From the IMG/VR virus record IMGVR_UViG_3300037466_002980, positions 32,001 to 96,000 of that record: 64,000 nt of DNA; one strand, written 5' to 3'. This stretch comes from a virus. Its lineage: Duplodnaviria > Heunggongvirae > Uroviricota > Caudoviricetes. This document shows positions 36,270 to 46,124 of the stretch, one piece after another. Below the pieces are notes generated by a model. It was given only the letters and a program-made list of their open reading frames with translations. It did no database searches and had not been told where the DNA came from. The translations under genes and the position numbers were made by a program. Each line of letters starts with the position of its first letter. Position 1 is the stretch's first letter.

Positions 36270-37726
36270 AATTTAATTTCTTCGCCACTTTCGTTAATAA
36301 TCTCAACCGGAAATCCCCAGAGATTTTCAATATGTCTTACAACCTTTAAAGATTTTTCAGATAAACGTCTATTGTTCTTCTGATGATACATTAATGTAAG
36401 TTTTCTGGTGTTGTAATCAACATTAACTACTTCAATTTTCGGAATATGATTTTCAATCAAATAAGAATCTGCAAGAGATCTCCTGATCGTTTTATATCCA
36501 TTTTCGTTGTGAATAGCATTAACCGTATAATCCGATGAATTATCATCTTTTAATAGGAAAAGCTTCAACTTACGGCAAAGTGTTGGACTAAGATATTGTC
36601 TAATTAAACTTTCATCTCTATAGTTAGCAACAGCATCTAAACAGGCATCAACCCAATTTGCTCCAATTAATTCCGGAAAGAATTCTTCATCCTCAGCCGT
36701 TGGTTCGGTACATATTCTTTTAATTTCAGAAAAAATTTCAAATCCAAGATAATATGGATTTAATCCCGAATACCATTCGCTATTGAAATCTGGTTGATAA
36801 AGAACCGAAGTATGCAATTGATAAAATTCAAGCATAGATCCATCTTCCAAATATCCTTTATCCCATAACCTATTAACCAGATAGTAATGAGTGAAACTTG
36901 CCCAACCTTCATTGAGTACTTTTGTGGCACGTTGTGGTTCGAAATATTGTGAAATTTTTCTAACAATGCGAAGTAATTCTCGCTGCCATAGCTCTAATTT
37001 AGGTGATTTCTTTTCAAGAAAATATAATAGATTTTCTTCGGGTTCTTTAAGAAATTTATTATCTTCTTTTGGTTTTTCTTTCTGTTTAGGTAATGTCTTC
37101 CAGAGTTCATTAACCTGTTCTTGCAAATATATTTCTCTGGCTTGTTTTCTTTCTTGTTCTTTAGCAAAACTTAACTTAGGTGGACGAATTGATCTGTCTA
37201 CTCCGTGATTCATTAATGCATGTGCTGAATCCAATGTTTGTTCCACTGCCTGTAATCCATATTTTTCTTCACATTCGGAAATAAAACCTTTAGAGAAATT
37301 TAGATAATCAACAATACTGGCTGCATCCGTCCATTGTTTAAATAGGTAATTATTCTTAAAGACATGATTATGTCCAAAAGCAGCATGAGCAAGTACCAAT
37401 ACCTGCGTCATTGCTGAATTTTCTTCCATTAAAAAGTTAATACAAGGATTGGTATTCAGAACGATTTCATATGCCAATCCTCGTTTTCCTTGCCTATACA
37501 TATCGGACTCATATGAAAATTTCTTACCAAAACTCCAGTGCTTATACATTACAGGAAGCCCAACACTTGCATAGGAATCCAACATCTGTTCGCTGGTAAT
37601 TATTTCTATCTGGTTGGGATAGAGATCAAGTTTTAATTCAGGAGCAAGATCATTCAACACATCCATGGCACGTTTAATCAGATCAAAATCCCATTCAGCA
37701 CCCTTAAATAATGGTTTATTTGCCAT
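36266..37726 (-). CDS. SpoVR/YcgB family protein
   Basis: HWSFGK, GLAYEIV, HAAFGHNH, NEGWASF, NPY. Confidence 0.95.
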   Translation of the reverse strand: MANKPLFKGAEWDFDLIKRAMDVLNDLAPELKLDLYPNQIEIITSEQMLDSYASVGLPVMYKHWSFGKKFSYESDMYRQGKRGLAYEIVLNTNPCINFLMEENSAMTQVLVLAHAAFGHNHVFKNNYLFKQWTDAASIVDYLNFSKGFISECEEKYGLQAVEQTLDSAHALMNHGVDRSIRPPKLSFAKEQERKQAREIYLQEQVNELWKTLPKQKEKPKEDNKFLKEPEENLLYFLEKKSPKLELWQRELLRIVRKISQYFEPQRATKVLNEGWASFTHYYLVNRLWDKGYLEDGSMLEFYQLHTSVLYQPDFNSEWYSGLNPYYLGFEIFSEIKRICTEPTAEDEEFFPELIGANWVDACLDAVANYRDESLIRQYLSPTLCRKLKLFLLKDDNSSDYTVNAIHNENGYKTIRRSLADSYLIENHIPKIEVVNVDYNTRKLTLMYHQKNNRRLSEKSLKVVRHIENLWGFPVEIINESGEEIKF

Positions 37727-39005
37727 TTTTCACCTGTTTTGTAAATACCTTCCTAAATATTGATACGACATCATCAACAGAACCAATATTAACAATTGCT
37801 AAGTTATCAAAATTAGCTGTCATTTGCTTCATAGTTGTAAAAACATTTGTCTGATATGATCTTTCTAAATTCATGTATTCAGAAGTCCCGCCAGGTTTCA
37901 CTTCATTATAAACATAATATTGGCACTTAGGTAATATTTCTTCTAATTCTGATTTTAAATCATTTTCATCATTGCTAAAATTATCACCATCGGATGCCTG
38001 CACTACATAAATATTCCAATCATCCAATGGATATTCTTCATTGATAATTTCATTAACTTTCTTAACTCCGGTACTAACCATTGTTCCACCAGATTCTTTA
38101 TCATAGAAAAATTGATGTTCAGTGCATTCATCAGCAGTCGTAGTATGACGAACAAATCTTATATCCACCTTCTCATATTTTCTCTGTAGAAATAGATATA
38201 ATAACAAAAAGAATCTTTTAGCTATTTCCTTTTCTCTTTCTTCCATACTGCCCGAAACATCCATTAAACAAAAAACAACAGCCTGACTCGAAGGTAATGG
38301 AATTTGAGTATATCTTTTATACTTAACATCAACTTGATCAATATATGAAACAGCATTTCTTCTTGTTTTTAATTCAAGTAATTCTTGCTGTAATTGAATT
38401 AATAATTCGGAGTCAATACATTTCTCAATCTCTTCTTCTTTCTCTTTTATTTTTCTATCAAGTGGGAAGGCTAATGCAATTCTTCTACCTAAAGCATTTT
38501 TTAAGCTTCTTTCTAAATCAAGATTATTTGGTGTACCAGAAGTTGAAAACCCAGATCTCTTCCTTGCGAAGCGTATAGCAGTTTCTTCGCTTTCCTTGAT
38601 TAAATCTGGAAGTTCAAGATCTTCAAAAAGAATGTCTAAATATTCTTCTTTAGAAATAGTAAAGACAAATGTATCTTCACCATCTCCGTTATCACTAGCA
38701 TCTTTTCCTTTTCCTTGTCCAGATTTTTCTCTCTTAATAGTATCTCCCACCACAAAATCTCTATTTCCTGGTAAGACTCTATCCCAATCTCCCGATTGGT
38801 AATCATAATCAAAAACTGGTTCGGAAATTCCATCTGTAGAGATGGTGATAGATTCATCCTCTTCGGATGTGATGTCTCTATCAATTGCTCTTTTTCTTAT
38901 CTTTTCCTTTATCCAATCGTTTGCCCTTTTTAGGAAACGTTGCCTATTAGACAGATTTTTTCCTTTCGGATTCAATCGTCTATCAATAATGGTATAATTA
39001 TCCAT
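37716..39005 (-). CDS. YeaH/YhbH (DUF444) VWA-like protein
   Basis: IIDRR..K...NRQRF, MDVSGSM, ESGGT, ASDGDN. Confidence 0.95.
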   Translation of the reverse strand: MDNYTIIDRRLNPKGKNLSNRQRFLKRANDWIKEKIRKRAIDRDITSEEDESITISTDGISEPVFDYDYQSGDWDRVLPGNRDFVVGDTIKREKSGQGKGKDASDNGDGEDTFVFTISKEEYLDILFEDLELPDLIKESEETAIRFARKRSGFSTSGTPNNLDLERSLKNALGRRIALAFPLDRKIKEKEEEIEKCIDSELLIQLQQELLELKTRRNAVSYIDQVDVKYKRYTQIPLPSSQAVVFCLMDVSGSMEEREKEIAKRFFLLLYLFLQRKYEKVDIRFVRHTTTADECTEHQFFYDKESGGTMVSTGVKKVNEIINEEYPLDDWNIYVVQASDGDNFSNDENDLKSELEEILPKCQYYVYNEVKPGGTSEYMNLERSYQTNVFTTMKQMTANFDNLAIVNIGSVDDVVSIFRKVFTKQVKNGK

Positions 39006-40945
39006 TAAGAGCTCTTGGCCACCCTAATATGCCATTCAACCAGGCGTTTAACCTGTTTAGCAGTATATCCCTTACTCATCATTCTGTGAACAAATTCGTC
39101 GTGTTTCTTTTGATCGTCACTGTTTGATTTAGCACCAAAACTAATAACTGGCAATAATTCTTCCGTACTAGCAAACATCTTCTTTTCAATTACTTCACGT
39201 AAATTTTCATACGAAGTCCATTTTACAGGATTGCCACCATTTTTTGCCCTTGCTCGAAGTACAAAATTAACAACCTCATTACGAAAATCTTTAGGATTTG
39301 AAATACCTGCAGGTTTTTCAATCTTTTCAAGTTCTTTATTTAAAACATTTCTATCAAAAAGATTTCCTGTGTCAGGATCTTTGAAGTCAATTTCTTGTAT
39401 CCATGCATCAGCATATTCGATATATCTATCAAATAAATTCTGTCCATAATCACTATAACTTTCAAGATAAGCCTTTTGAATTTCACTACTTAATTGATCA
39501 GCATATCTTGGTGCTAAATGTTCTTTAATGAAATTAATATATTTTCCTTCTTTCTCTTCGCCAAATTGTTCTTGTTTAATTGCATCTTCAAGAACATACA
39601 TTAAATGTACCGGATCGGCCGCAACTTCAGATGGATCGAAATTAAATGTCTTAGATAATATCTTGAATGCAAAACGTGTGCTAATTCCACTCATTCCTTC
39701 GTCGACACCGGCATTGTCCTTATATTCCTGAAGTCCTTTTGCTCTTGGATCAGTATCCTTAATCGCTTCTCCATCATATACTCGCATCTTACTGTATATA
39801 TTAGAGTTTTCGTGATCTGAGATTCTGGTTAATACACAAAATTTAGCCAAAATATCCAATGTTTCTGCTGCGCACGGTGCTTGACTAAGGCTCGAACTTT
39901 CGAGCATTTTAACATAAATATTTTTCTCGTCTGTAACACGCAAACAATATGGAACTTTTACAACATAAACTCTATCAATAAAAGCTTCATTATTCTTATT
40001 ATTCTTAAATGTTTGCCATTCACTCTCGTTACTATGTGCTAAAACAACACCATTAAACGGGATTGCACTAATGCCTTCTGTTCCGACATAATTGCTTTCT
40101 TGTGTTGCAGTTAATAATGGATGTAACATTTTAATTGGTGCCTTGAACATTTCTACAAATTCAACCAGGCCCTGATTTCCACGGCATAGTGCTCCAGAGA
40201 ATGAATAGCTATCTGGATCATTCTGGTCGAAATGTTCTAACATTCTAATATTTGTTTTTCCAACTAGGTTACTAATATCCTGGTTATTATCATCACCCGG
40301 TTCGGTCTTGATAACACCGATTTGTTCTAATTTATTTGGAAATACTTTTACGACCTTAAATAAAGTCTTATCGTGTCCATATTCTTTCAATCTCTTGATT
40401 GCCCATGGACTAAGAACATTATTTAAATATCGTTGTGGAATGCCATATTCCTTTTCAATAAGATCACCATATTGTTCCTTATTGAAAAGACCTAATGGAG
40501 ATTCAAAGACCGGACTCATATTTCCGTCTTTGTCTGCTAGTACATAAATGGGAAATTTCTGAATTAGTTCCTTGAGGCGCTCTGCTAAGGAGCTCTTTCC
40601 GCCGCCTACTGGACCAAGGAGATAGAGAATCTGTTTACGTTCTTCTAATCCTTGTGCAGCATGTGTAAAATATCCAACAATTCTTTCAATTGATTCTTCC
40701 ATTCCAAAAAAATCACTGAAAGCTGGATACCTTTTTATTGTTCTATTTAAAAAGATCCGACTTAGGCGTGGATCTCTATGTGTATCTATTAATTCCGGTT
40801 CACCGATTGCTTTAAGAATTCTTTCAGCTGCGGTGGCATACATTGTATTATCTGATTTGCATCCTTCAAGGTATTCCTTTAAAGAAATAGTCTCCTGACG
40901 AAATGCGATTTTCTCATCAGATAATAATTTGAACAACTTAGACAT
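39005..40945 (-). CDS. PrkA/YeaG AAA+ serine kinase-family protein
   Basis: GPVGGGKSS, PGDDNNQD, EFVEMFK, HSNESEW. Confidence 0.97.
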   Translation of the reverse strand: MSKLFKLLSDEKIAFRQETISLKEYLEGCKSDNTMYATAAERILKAIGEPELIDTHRDPRLSRIFLNRTIKRYPAFSDFFGMEESIERIVGYFTHAAQGLEERKQILYLLGPVGGGKSSLAERLKELIQKFPIYVLADKDGNMSPVFESPLGLFNKEQYGDLIEKEYGIPQRYLNNVLSPWAIKRLKEYGHDKTLFKVVKVFPNKLEQIGVIKTEPGDDNNQDISNLVGKTNIRMLEHFDQNDPDSYSFSGALCRGNQGLVEFVEMFKAPIKMLHPLLTATQESNYVGTEGISAIPFNGVVLAHSNESEWQTFKNNKNNEAFIDRVYVVKVPYCLRVTDEKNIYVKMLESSSLSQAPCAAETLDILAKFCVLTRISDHENSNIYSKMRVYDGEAIKDTDPRAKGLQEYKDNAGVDEGMSGISTRFAFKILSKTFNFDPSEVAADPVHLMYVLEDAIKQEQFGEEKEGKYINFIKEHLAPRYADQLSSEIQKAYLESYSDYGQNLFDRYIEYADAWIQEIDFKDPDTGNLFDRNVLNKELEKIEKPAGISNPKDFRNEVVNFVLRARAKNGGNPVKWTSYENLREVIEKKMFASTEELLPVISFGAKSNSDDQKKHDEFVHRMMSKGYTAKQVKRLVEWHIRVAKSS

Positions 40946-41054
40946 TTAACCTACCTTTATCTAATTTGAGGTTGATAAAAATACACCCTAGATGGAAATT
41001 ACCATCTTAGTGTATTTATCTATACCCTTTTAATTATATAAAGGATCTGGATTC

Positions 41055-42161
41055 TTATCTATTTGAAGTATAATAGAGTTTGAAACTTTCTGTATTTAGA
41101 AAATCAGTTAGAGAGATATCAGTATGATTAACTATGCCTTTAATTTTTCCAGATAGGAAAAGTTCTAATACAGCAACTCCGCCACCAGCCGTGGTAGATT
41201 GGATAGAAGTAAAATTTTCTGCTCCATAGAATTTTCTAGAGAAAGTATTTCTTACCTTCTTGCCTTTCTTGGTTCCCATTGCTACGCCAAAGACAACAAT
41301 AACGTCTTGTCTAGTATAAGGAAACACCTTTAAGAATTCAGCCTTAATTCGGTCGAAATCTCCGTGATTTCTTTCCACGGCATCTGCAACATAATCATAA
41401 TGTGTAGGATATCTTAAAGTCTTATAGGAAACATTTGGAACTGATTTTAAATCCTTAATCAGGGATCCAATGCCACCGGATGTAAATGCGGCTTCATATT
41501 CACATCCGTCGATAATGACTTTTTCTCTTCCTGTTAAGGCAGGAATATCATAGAGTCTGCCATCCTTCTTAATTCTACAATCACGGATATATTCATTAAC
41601 AAGTCCATCAACACTCCAAGAAAGGCTATATAGATCTTGCGGACGAGTGCCGTTTACATTTTTCGGAAGAGCACCAACAGATACCATAAGACTATCAGCA
41701 GTATCTAAATCCTTTACTAGGTTATATCCTACATAATTGATAAATCCTGGAGCAAGTCCGCATTTAACGGCACAATTCAATTCGGGATGATCCTTGTAGA
41801 TATCCTGAACTTTATCTGCCATTACATCGTCTTCAGTAAAATCAATATAGGAACAATTTGCATCTGCTGCGGCAATAGCAACCTTTTCGTTTAAGAAAAA
41901 CGGCAAAGCATTGATTACATAAGAAATTTCATACTGCCGGAAAATCTTTGATAATTCTTCCGAAGAGGAGTTTCCAATATCGAAAAGAATATGCGAAAAA
42001 TTCCCGGCAGCCTGAAGTGCTGAAAGATCAGAATCGATTAGGTAGCAACGAACATGGTTTAAGTCATTATTTTCGTCATAATCTTTGTATTTGAAATTTT
42101 CAATCATTTCGACTAATGCCGAACCAATTTGACCTGCACCAAGTATTGCTACCTTTCTCAT
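41055..42161 (-). CDS. Saccharopine dehydrogenase / lysine 6-dehydrogenase-like oxidoreductase
   Basis: GAGQIG Rossmann fold, NALPF, CGLAPG, VGALP, WSVDGLVNEY, YKTLRYP. Confidence 0.85.
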   Translation of the reverse strand: MRKVAILGAGQIGSALVEMIENFKYKDYDENNDLNHVRCYLIDSDLSALQAAGNFSHILFDIGNSSSEELSKIFRQYEISYVINALPFFLNEKVAIAAADANCSYIDFTEDDVMADKVQDIYKDHPELNCAVKCGLAPGFINYVGYNLVKDLDTADSLMVSVGALPKNVNGTRPQDLYSLSWSVDGLVNEYIRDCRIKKDGRLYDIPALTGREKVIIDGCEYEAAFTSGGIGSLIKDLKSVPNVSYKTLRYPTHYDYVADAVERNHGDFDRIKAEFLKVFPYTRQDVIVVFGVAMGTKKGKKVRNTFSRKFYGAENFTSIQSTTAGGGVAVLELFLSGKIKGIVNHTDISLTDFLNTESFKLYYTSNR

Positions 42162-42173
42162 AATTTCCTCTCT

Positions 42174-43559
42174 TTAATGTACTAATTCTTTTGCTCTTGC
42201 ACGAACTTCATTGAAGTTTGTTTCATTCATAATCTCACCATTCTTAAATCTCGTAACAAGATAATCAGTCTGGTCACTGTGTGTTTCATATCGGTTGGTA
42301 ACAAAGTTACCGTCCTTGTCTTTGTTAAGAACAGGACGACCCTTGAAACTTTTCTTCATCGACGATGTAACAGGATCCTTAAACACATCTATCCATTTGC
42401 CATTAATCTTAGCAGCGGAACATTTCATTGCGAATTCCAACGTATCTCTATTGACTTGTTGCAATAGAGCACCGCCTTGTCCAAATGCAACGTTATCTGC
42501 ACTATATCCTGCAATTTCCATACAGAACAGAATAGAACGGATGCTACTGTGATCAATACCGTCGCCTTGAATAATTCGAACATTATTCAGCACTCTGTAA
42601 CCCTTAGAGTTTACAATATGTCCAAAATGTTTATCAAGTATTCTAAGGCAATTCAAAACAACTTCGCTCGGATTTCCACTATCGGGACGAATCACAACGG
42701 TTGCCTTGCTCTTAAGAACATCTTCTTTCAGTTCTGTTCCCCATTTTTCACATGCCTCATAGATATTATAGCTATCACTGACGCAAGCAACATTTTTGCC
42801 TTCACCGCCATATAGTTTAATCATGTTTCGGAAAGAATCGGTTTCGTGTTCTCTTCCCCAACTGGTAACTGTACTATGTTCCATTGCAGGAATACTGAAA
42901 CCACAAATTCCCGAATCATAATACTCCATTGCAGCAAGAAGTCCATCGACAGTATCGGTCCCCATGAAGTTAACCAAGTGAGCCATACCACCGAGTCCAG
43001 CACTTTCTCTACTGGAAACACCACGGCAACCGAAATCATGAAGTTTAAAATCGATCAATTCGGGTGTACCTGTTTTTTCAAGGTATTCCAGAATAATTTG
43101 TTTGCTATGATAACTGTTGCTTGCAACAGTAGTCGGGTACCAAATGGATCTAAGAATCAAGGTTTCTAAGAAACCAGGTACCCAATAGCACTTCGGGTCT
43201 GTATTTGTCACAGTCAATAAGACATTCTTGAGGCGCATCACTGTCCCTTCATCGACTGCCTTAATTTCAATCGGTAAATACCCGCCGTGTTCCTTGACAA
43301 TATATTCCCAACCTTCCCTGTTGAAGGGTTCGCCGTGTGCTGTAATGATTGCCTCTGCTTGATCAATCATTTCCATAGTAATGGGATCAGTTAGATACTC
43401 TCGAATTAATGCCTGTGTACCGAGATACACAAGTCTATCATAGATACCACCACGAGATGAAATATACAGAACAACTTGCTCGGTCCCTTGCGGGAATTGA
43501 TTCCATTGTGAATATTTGTAACTATCAGCTGATAAGAGTAAATTTTTTCTAAATTTCAT
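42174..43559 (-). CDS. nadV: Nicotinamide phosphoribosyltransferase (NAMPT/NadV)
   Basis: DSYK, LHDFG.RG, PAMEHS, IRPDSG, IQGDG, KDP. Confidence 0.97.
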   Translation of the reverse strand: MKFRKNLLLSADSYKYSQWNQFPQGTEQVVLYISSRGGIYDRLVYLGTQALIREYLTDPITMEMIDQAEAIITAHGEPFNREGWEYIVKEHGGYLPIEIKAVDEGTVMRLKNVLLTVTNTDPKCYWVPGFLETLILRSIWYPTTVASNSYHSKQIILEYLEKTGTPELIDFKLHDFGCRGVSSRESAGLGGMAHLVNFMGTDTVDGLLAAMEYYDSGICGFSIPAMEHSTVTSWGREHETDSFRNMIKLYGGEGKNVACVSDSYNIYEACEKWGTELKEDVLKSKATVVIRPDSGNPSEVVLNCLRILDKHFGHIVNSKGYRVLNNVRIIQGDGIDHSSIRSILFCMEIAGYSADNVAFGQGGALLQQVNRDTLEFAMKCSAAKINGKWIDVFKDPVTSSMKKSFKGRPVLNKDKDGNFVTNRYETHSDQTDYLVTRFKNGEIMNETNFNEVRARAKELVH

Positions 43560-43605
43560 TTTAAATCTCCTTTAAAACAATGCCACAATCCGTTTGTGGA
43601 CTTTC

Positions 43606-43848
43606 TTACACTTCTGAATCTCCGGACAACCATTTGACTGGTATGTCGTGGAATATTTTACCACCTTTTTTCAAAATATAAAATAATGCATCTTCCTCGT
43701 CAGTAAAAGAAATGTGTGCCTGGACCATTCTAGGTTTCATATCATACCAACCACCATTATCCAGTCTAACAATTCCTTTAAAATCTATGTCCTGAATGTA
43801 TTCTTTAAATCTTTCATCCGACATTCCATAGACTCGAACATAGAACAT
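43606..43848 (-). CDS. Small hypothetical protein (F-x-D-A family)
   Basis: ISFTDEEDALFYILK. Confidence 0.55.
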   Translation of the reverse strand: MFYVRVYGMSDERFKEYIQDIDFKGIVRLDNGGWYDMKPRMVQAHISFTDEEDALFYILKKGGKIFHDIPVKWLSGDSEV

Positions 43849-44912
43849 TATTTTGCCCTGCCAACCATAGTTTGAATAATACTATAATGGTCTTCAAATA
43901 ATACTTCGCTCATTTCAAGTGCCTGGTTTATAGGAAACCATTGCGCTTCTTCGGCGTCGTCGTCGCCTTTTACCTTAGGTAATTTTGTATCACCACCAGT
44001 AAGTTCAATCAGATATGCTTGGGTTACAGTTCTTCCTCTTAAGGAGCGATCTGGTTTATCAAATAATTTTTCATACGTGATACTACTCTGCAAAATTACC
44101 GGCGGAACCTTTATACCAGTTTCTTCCTTAAGCTCACGTAAACATGCATTCAATGCGGTTTCTTTCTGATTAACAAACCCACCGGGAAGTGCCCAGAGAC
44201 CCTTACCGGGAGACGATTTACGTCTAACAAGAAGAATATGCCCACCCTGAATAACAACTGCATCGACTGTGAAAAATGTCGGAGCATAAGGTGCGGCGGC
44301 CCAAGATTCCTTATAATTCTTAATGAATTGATATTCTTCAACTAAGGTTTTATATTCTTGTGTATAAGAAAATTGTTCTAAGAATTCTAATACCTTTTCG
44401 GGAACAGCACCTTTGATGTAATCAAAAAGTCCTTCAAAATATAATTCCCTAATCTTGGTTGCATCAATTGGATGTGATCCAATATCAACATATCCTTCAA
44501 GTGGAACAAATGTCCATTTTGGAAATGCTCTAAGATACCAACTGGAATCATCTTTTTCGTATCCTAGAATTGCAATTTTTTCATCGGGAATATTAGGATG
44601 CAAATCCTTTACTACCTGTTGAACATTACTAATCCAAAGATTATCATTATATCCAAAATCTCGAATATATGAATAGAAAGTATTATAATGATCAAGCATA
44701 CTATTCGGAAAACGGAATAGCGAGTTTGATATCATTAATTTTCGTTCTTCGGCTGTAAAAGGATTTTTAATTGTTCTGGGCTGGTAAGAGCTACCAATAA
44801 GAATTTGTACTCTTTCAGCAATTGAAGATGCATAGGCAAAATTTCTAAGATGCCCATGATGGGCAGGTTCATATCGACCAATTAGAATTGCTTTTTCGAA
44901 TTTCTTTGACAT
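43848..44912 (-). CDS. Bifunctional NMN adenylyltransferase / ADP-ribose Nudix hydrolase (NadM-Nudix, NatV-like)
   Basis: GRYEPAHHGH, KNPF, DATKIR; Nudix box GG.....E....C.REL.EETG; start set at MSKKF. Confidence 0.95.
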   Translation of the reverse strand: MSKKFEKAILIGRYEPAHHGHLRNFAYASSIAERVQILIGSSYQPRTIKNPFTAEERKLMISNSLFRFPNSMLDHYNTFYSYIRDFGYNDNLWISNVQQVVKDLHPNIPDEKIAILGYEKDDSSWYLRAFPKWTFVPLEGYVDIGSHPIDATKIRELYFEGLFDYIKGAVPEKVLEFLEQFSYTQEYKTLVEEYQFIKNYKESWAAAPYAPTFFTVDAVVIQGGHILLVRRKSSPGKGLWALPGGFVNQKETALNACLRELKEETGIKVPPVILQSSITYEKLFDKPDRSLRGRTVTQAYLIELTGGDTKLPKVKGDDDAEEAQWFPINQALEMSEVLFEDHYSIIQTMVGRAK

Positions 44913-45004
44913 TATTTGACCCCCAAATAATCTATTGTCTTGCAAACATCTTTTGTTTGCTATCTATTTACCATAACTGTAAAACTAAACGATATTTTTG
45001 TCAA

Positions 45005-45286
45005 TTAATCATTGCCTTTCAATCGATCAATAACTTTATCTTTATCTGATTTATAATTATAACTAAATTCTTTCCACGAATCATATATAAACATAATAAT
45101 CATACCGATGATAACCAAAAGAAACAGCACAAATGGTGCAAACATAATAATCAAAAAAATCTTACCAAATCCTAATACCTTAGCAATGACAACTATCATT
45201 AACCATATTAAGAATATAATAAAGATCCTGCCATCATCTGATATACTGTTGTTCCAGAAATATGATAAGAATCTAAAAAACTTCAT
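45005..45286 (-). CDS. Small two-TM membrane protein (paralog A)
   Basis: W.N.ISDD...KVIDRLKG. Confidence 0.6.
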   Translation of the reverse strand: MKFFRFLSYFWNNSISDDGRIFIIFLIWLMIVVIAKVLGFGKIFLIIMFAPFVLFLLVIIGMIIMFIYDSWKEFSYNYKSDKDKVIDRLKGND

Positions 45287-45561
45287 TAAAATTTTCCTCT
45301 TAAACGATCAACAACTTTTTCTTGTGGAGATTGATATTGACTAGAATATTTCTGCCATTGTTCAACCGTTAATGCAAACAATATCAATAGAAATAATATT
45401 GCAACCGGAACTATAAAAGAATAGAGTGCAATCAAATAATGTCCTGTGAGTACCAAGGATAGAATTATCAATAGCCATACTCCAAGGACTAAAATAGTCT
45501 TAGCATCATCGGTAAGATTTCCCCATAGCCATGGAAAAAAATAAAAGAATTTTCTAAACAT
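45286..45561 (-). CDS. Small two-TM membrane protein (paralog B)
   Basis: W.NLTDD...KVVDRLRG. Confidence 0.6.
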   Translation of the reverse strand: MFRKFFYFFPWLWGNLTDDAKTILVLGVWLLIILSLVLTGHYLIALYSFIVPVAILFLLILFALTVEQWQKYSSQYQSPQEKVVDRLRGKF

Positions 45562-45562
45562 T

Positions 45563-45703
45563 TTAAAAAATATCTATATCGTGATCTACAATTTTTAAAA
45601 ATTCCTCTTCCTCTTCCGGAGTCCATTCAAGGTATTCATCAAAATCCTCGTCTGGAATAGGAACCTCGTCGGGAACATTTCCTGGTCTATTGAATTTTCT
45701 CAT
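45563..45703 (-). CDS. 46-aa very acidic mini-protein (absent from ORF track)
   Basis: MRKFNRPGNVPDEVPIPDEDFDEYLEWTPEEEEEFLKIVDHDIDIF fills the intergenic gap. Confidence 0.5.
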   Translation of the reverse strand: MRKFNRPGNVPDEVPIPDEDFDEYLEWTPEEEEEFLKIVDHDIDIF

Positions 45704-46124
45704 ATTTCACCTTTTCTGCGTCATATATTCTCTTCCTTAGATTAGTGGTTGAGAAACTATGATTTCTGGAATTAAAAAATACCTTTTCTTCCATTAATGG
45801 AATATCGTGACCGGTATATTCTTTATCTCGCCAATCCTCGCCGATAAATCTTCTGTTAAAATGAACTGAACAGAAAATATTGTATAATTCTTCTTCAGTT
45901 TCATAAACAATTACTTCATCGACATACTTACAGGCGCGAACCTGAATATACCGTTCATGTATCGATTGTACCGGAATATTCTTTCCTTTCCTATCGATAT
46001 TCGGGTTTGTTTGAAGACATACAATAAGGTAATCGCATTGACCTTTGCATTCTTCAAACATCAAAAAATGGCCGGCATGTGTTATATCGAAACTACCGGC
46101 TGTAATACCAACAATTTTACTCAT
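45687..46124 (-). CDS. Cytidylyltransferase (TagD-like)
   Basis: GSFDITHAGH, ER...CKYVDEV, STT. Confidence 0.9.
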   Translation of the reverse strand: MSKIVGITAGSFDITHAGHFLMFEECKGQCDYLIVCLQTNPNIDRKGKNIPVQSIHERYIQVRACKYVDEVIVYETEEELYNIFCSVHFNRRFIGEDWRDKEYTGHDIPLMEEKVFFNSRNHSFSTTNLRKRIYDAEKVKYEKIQ

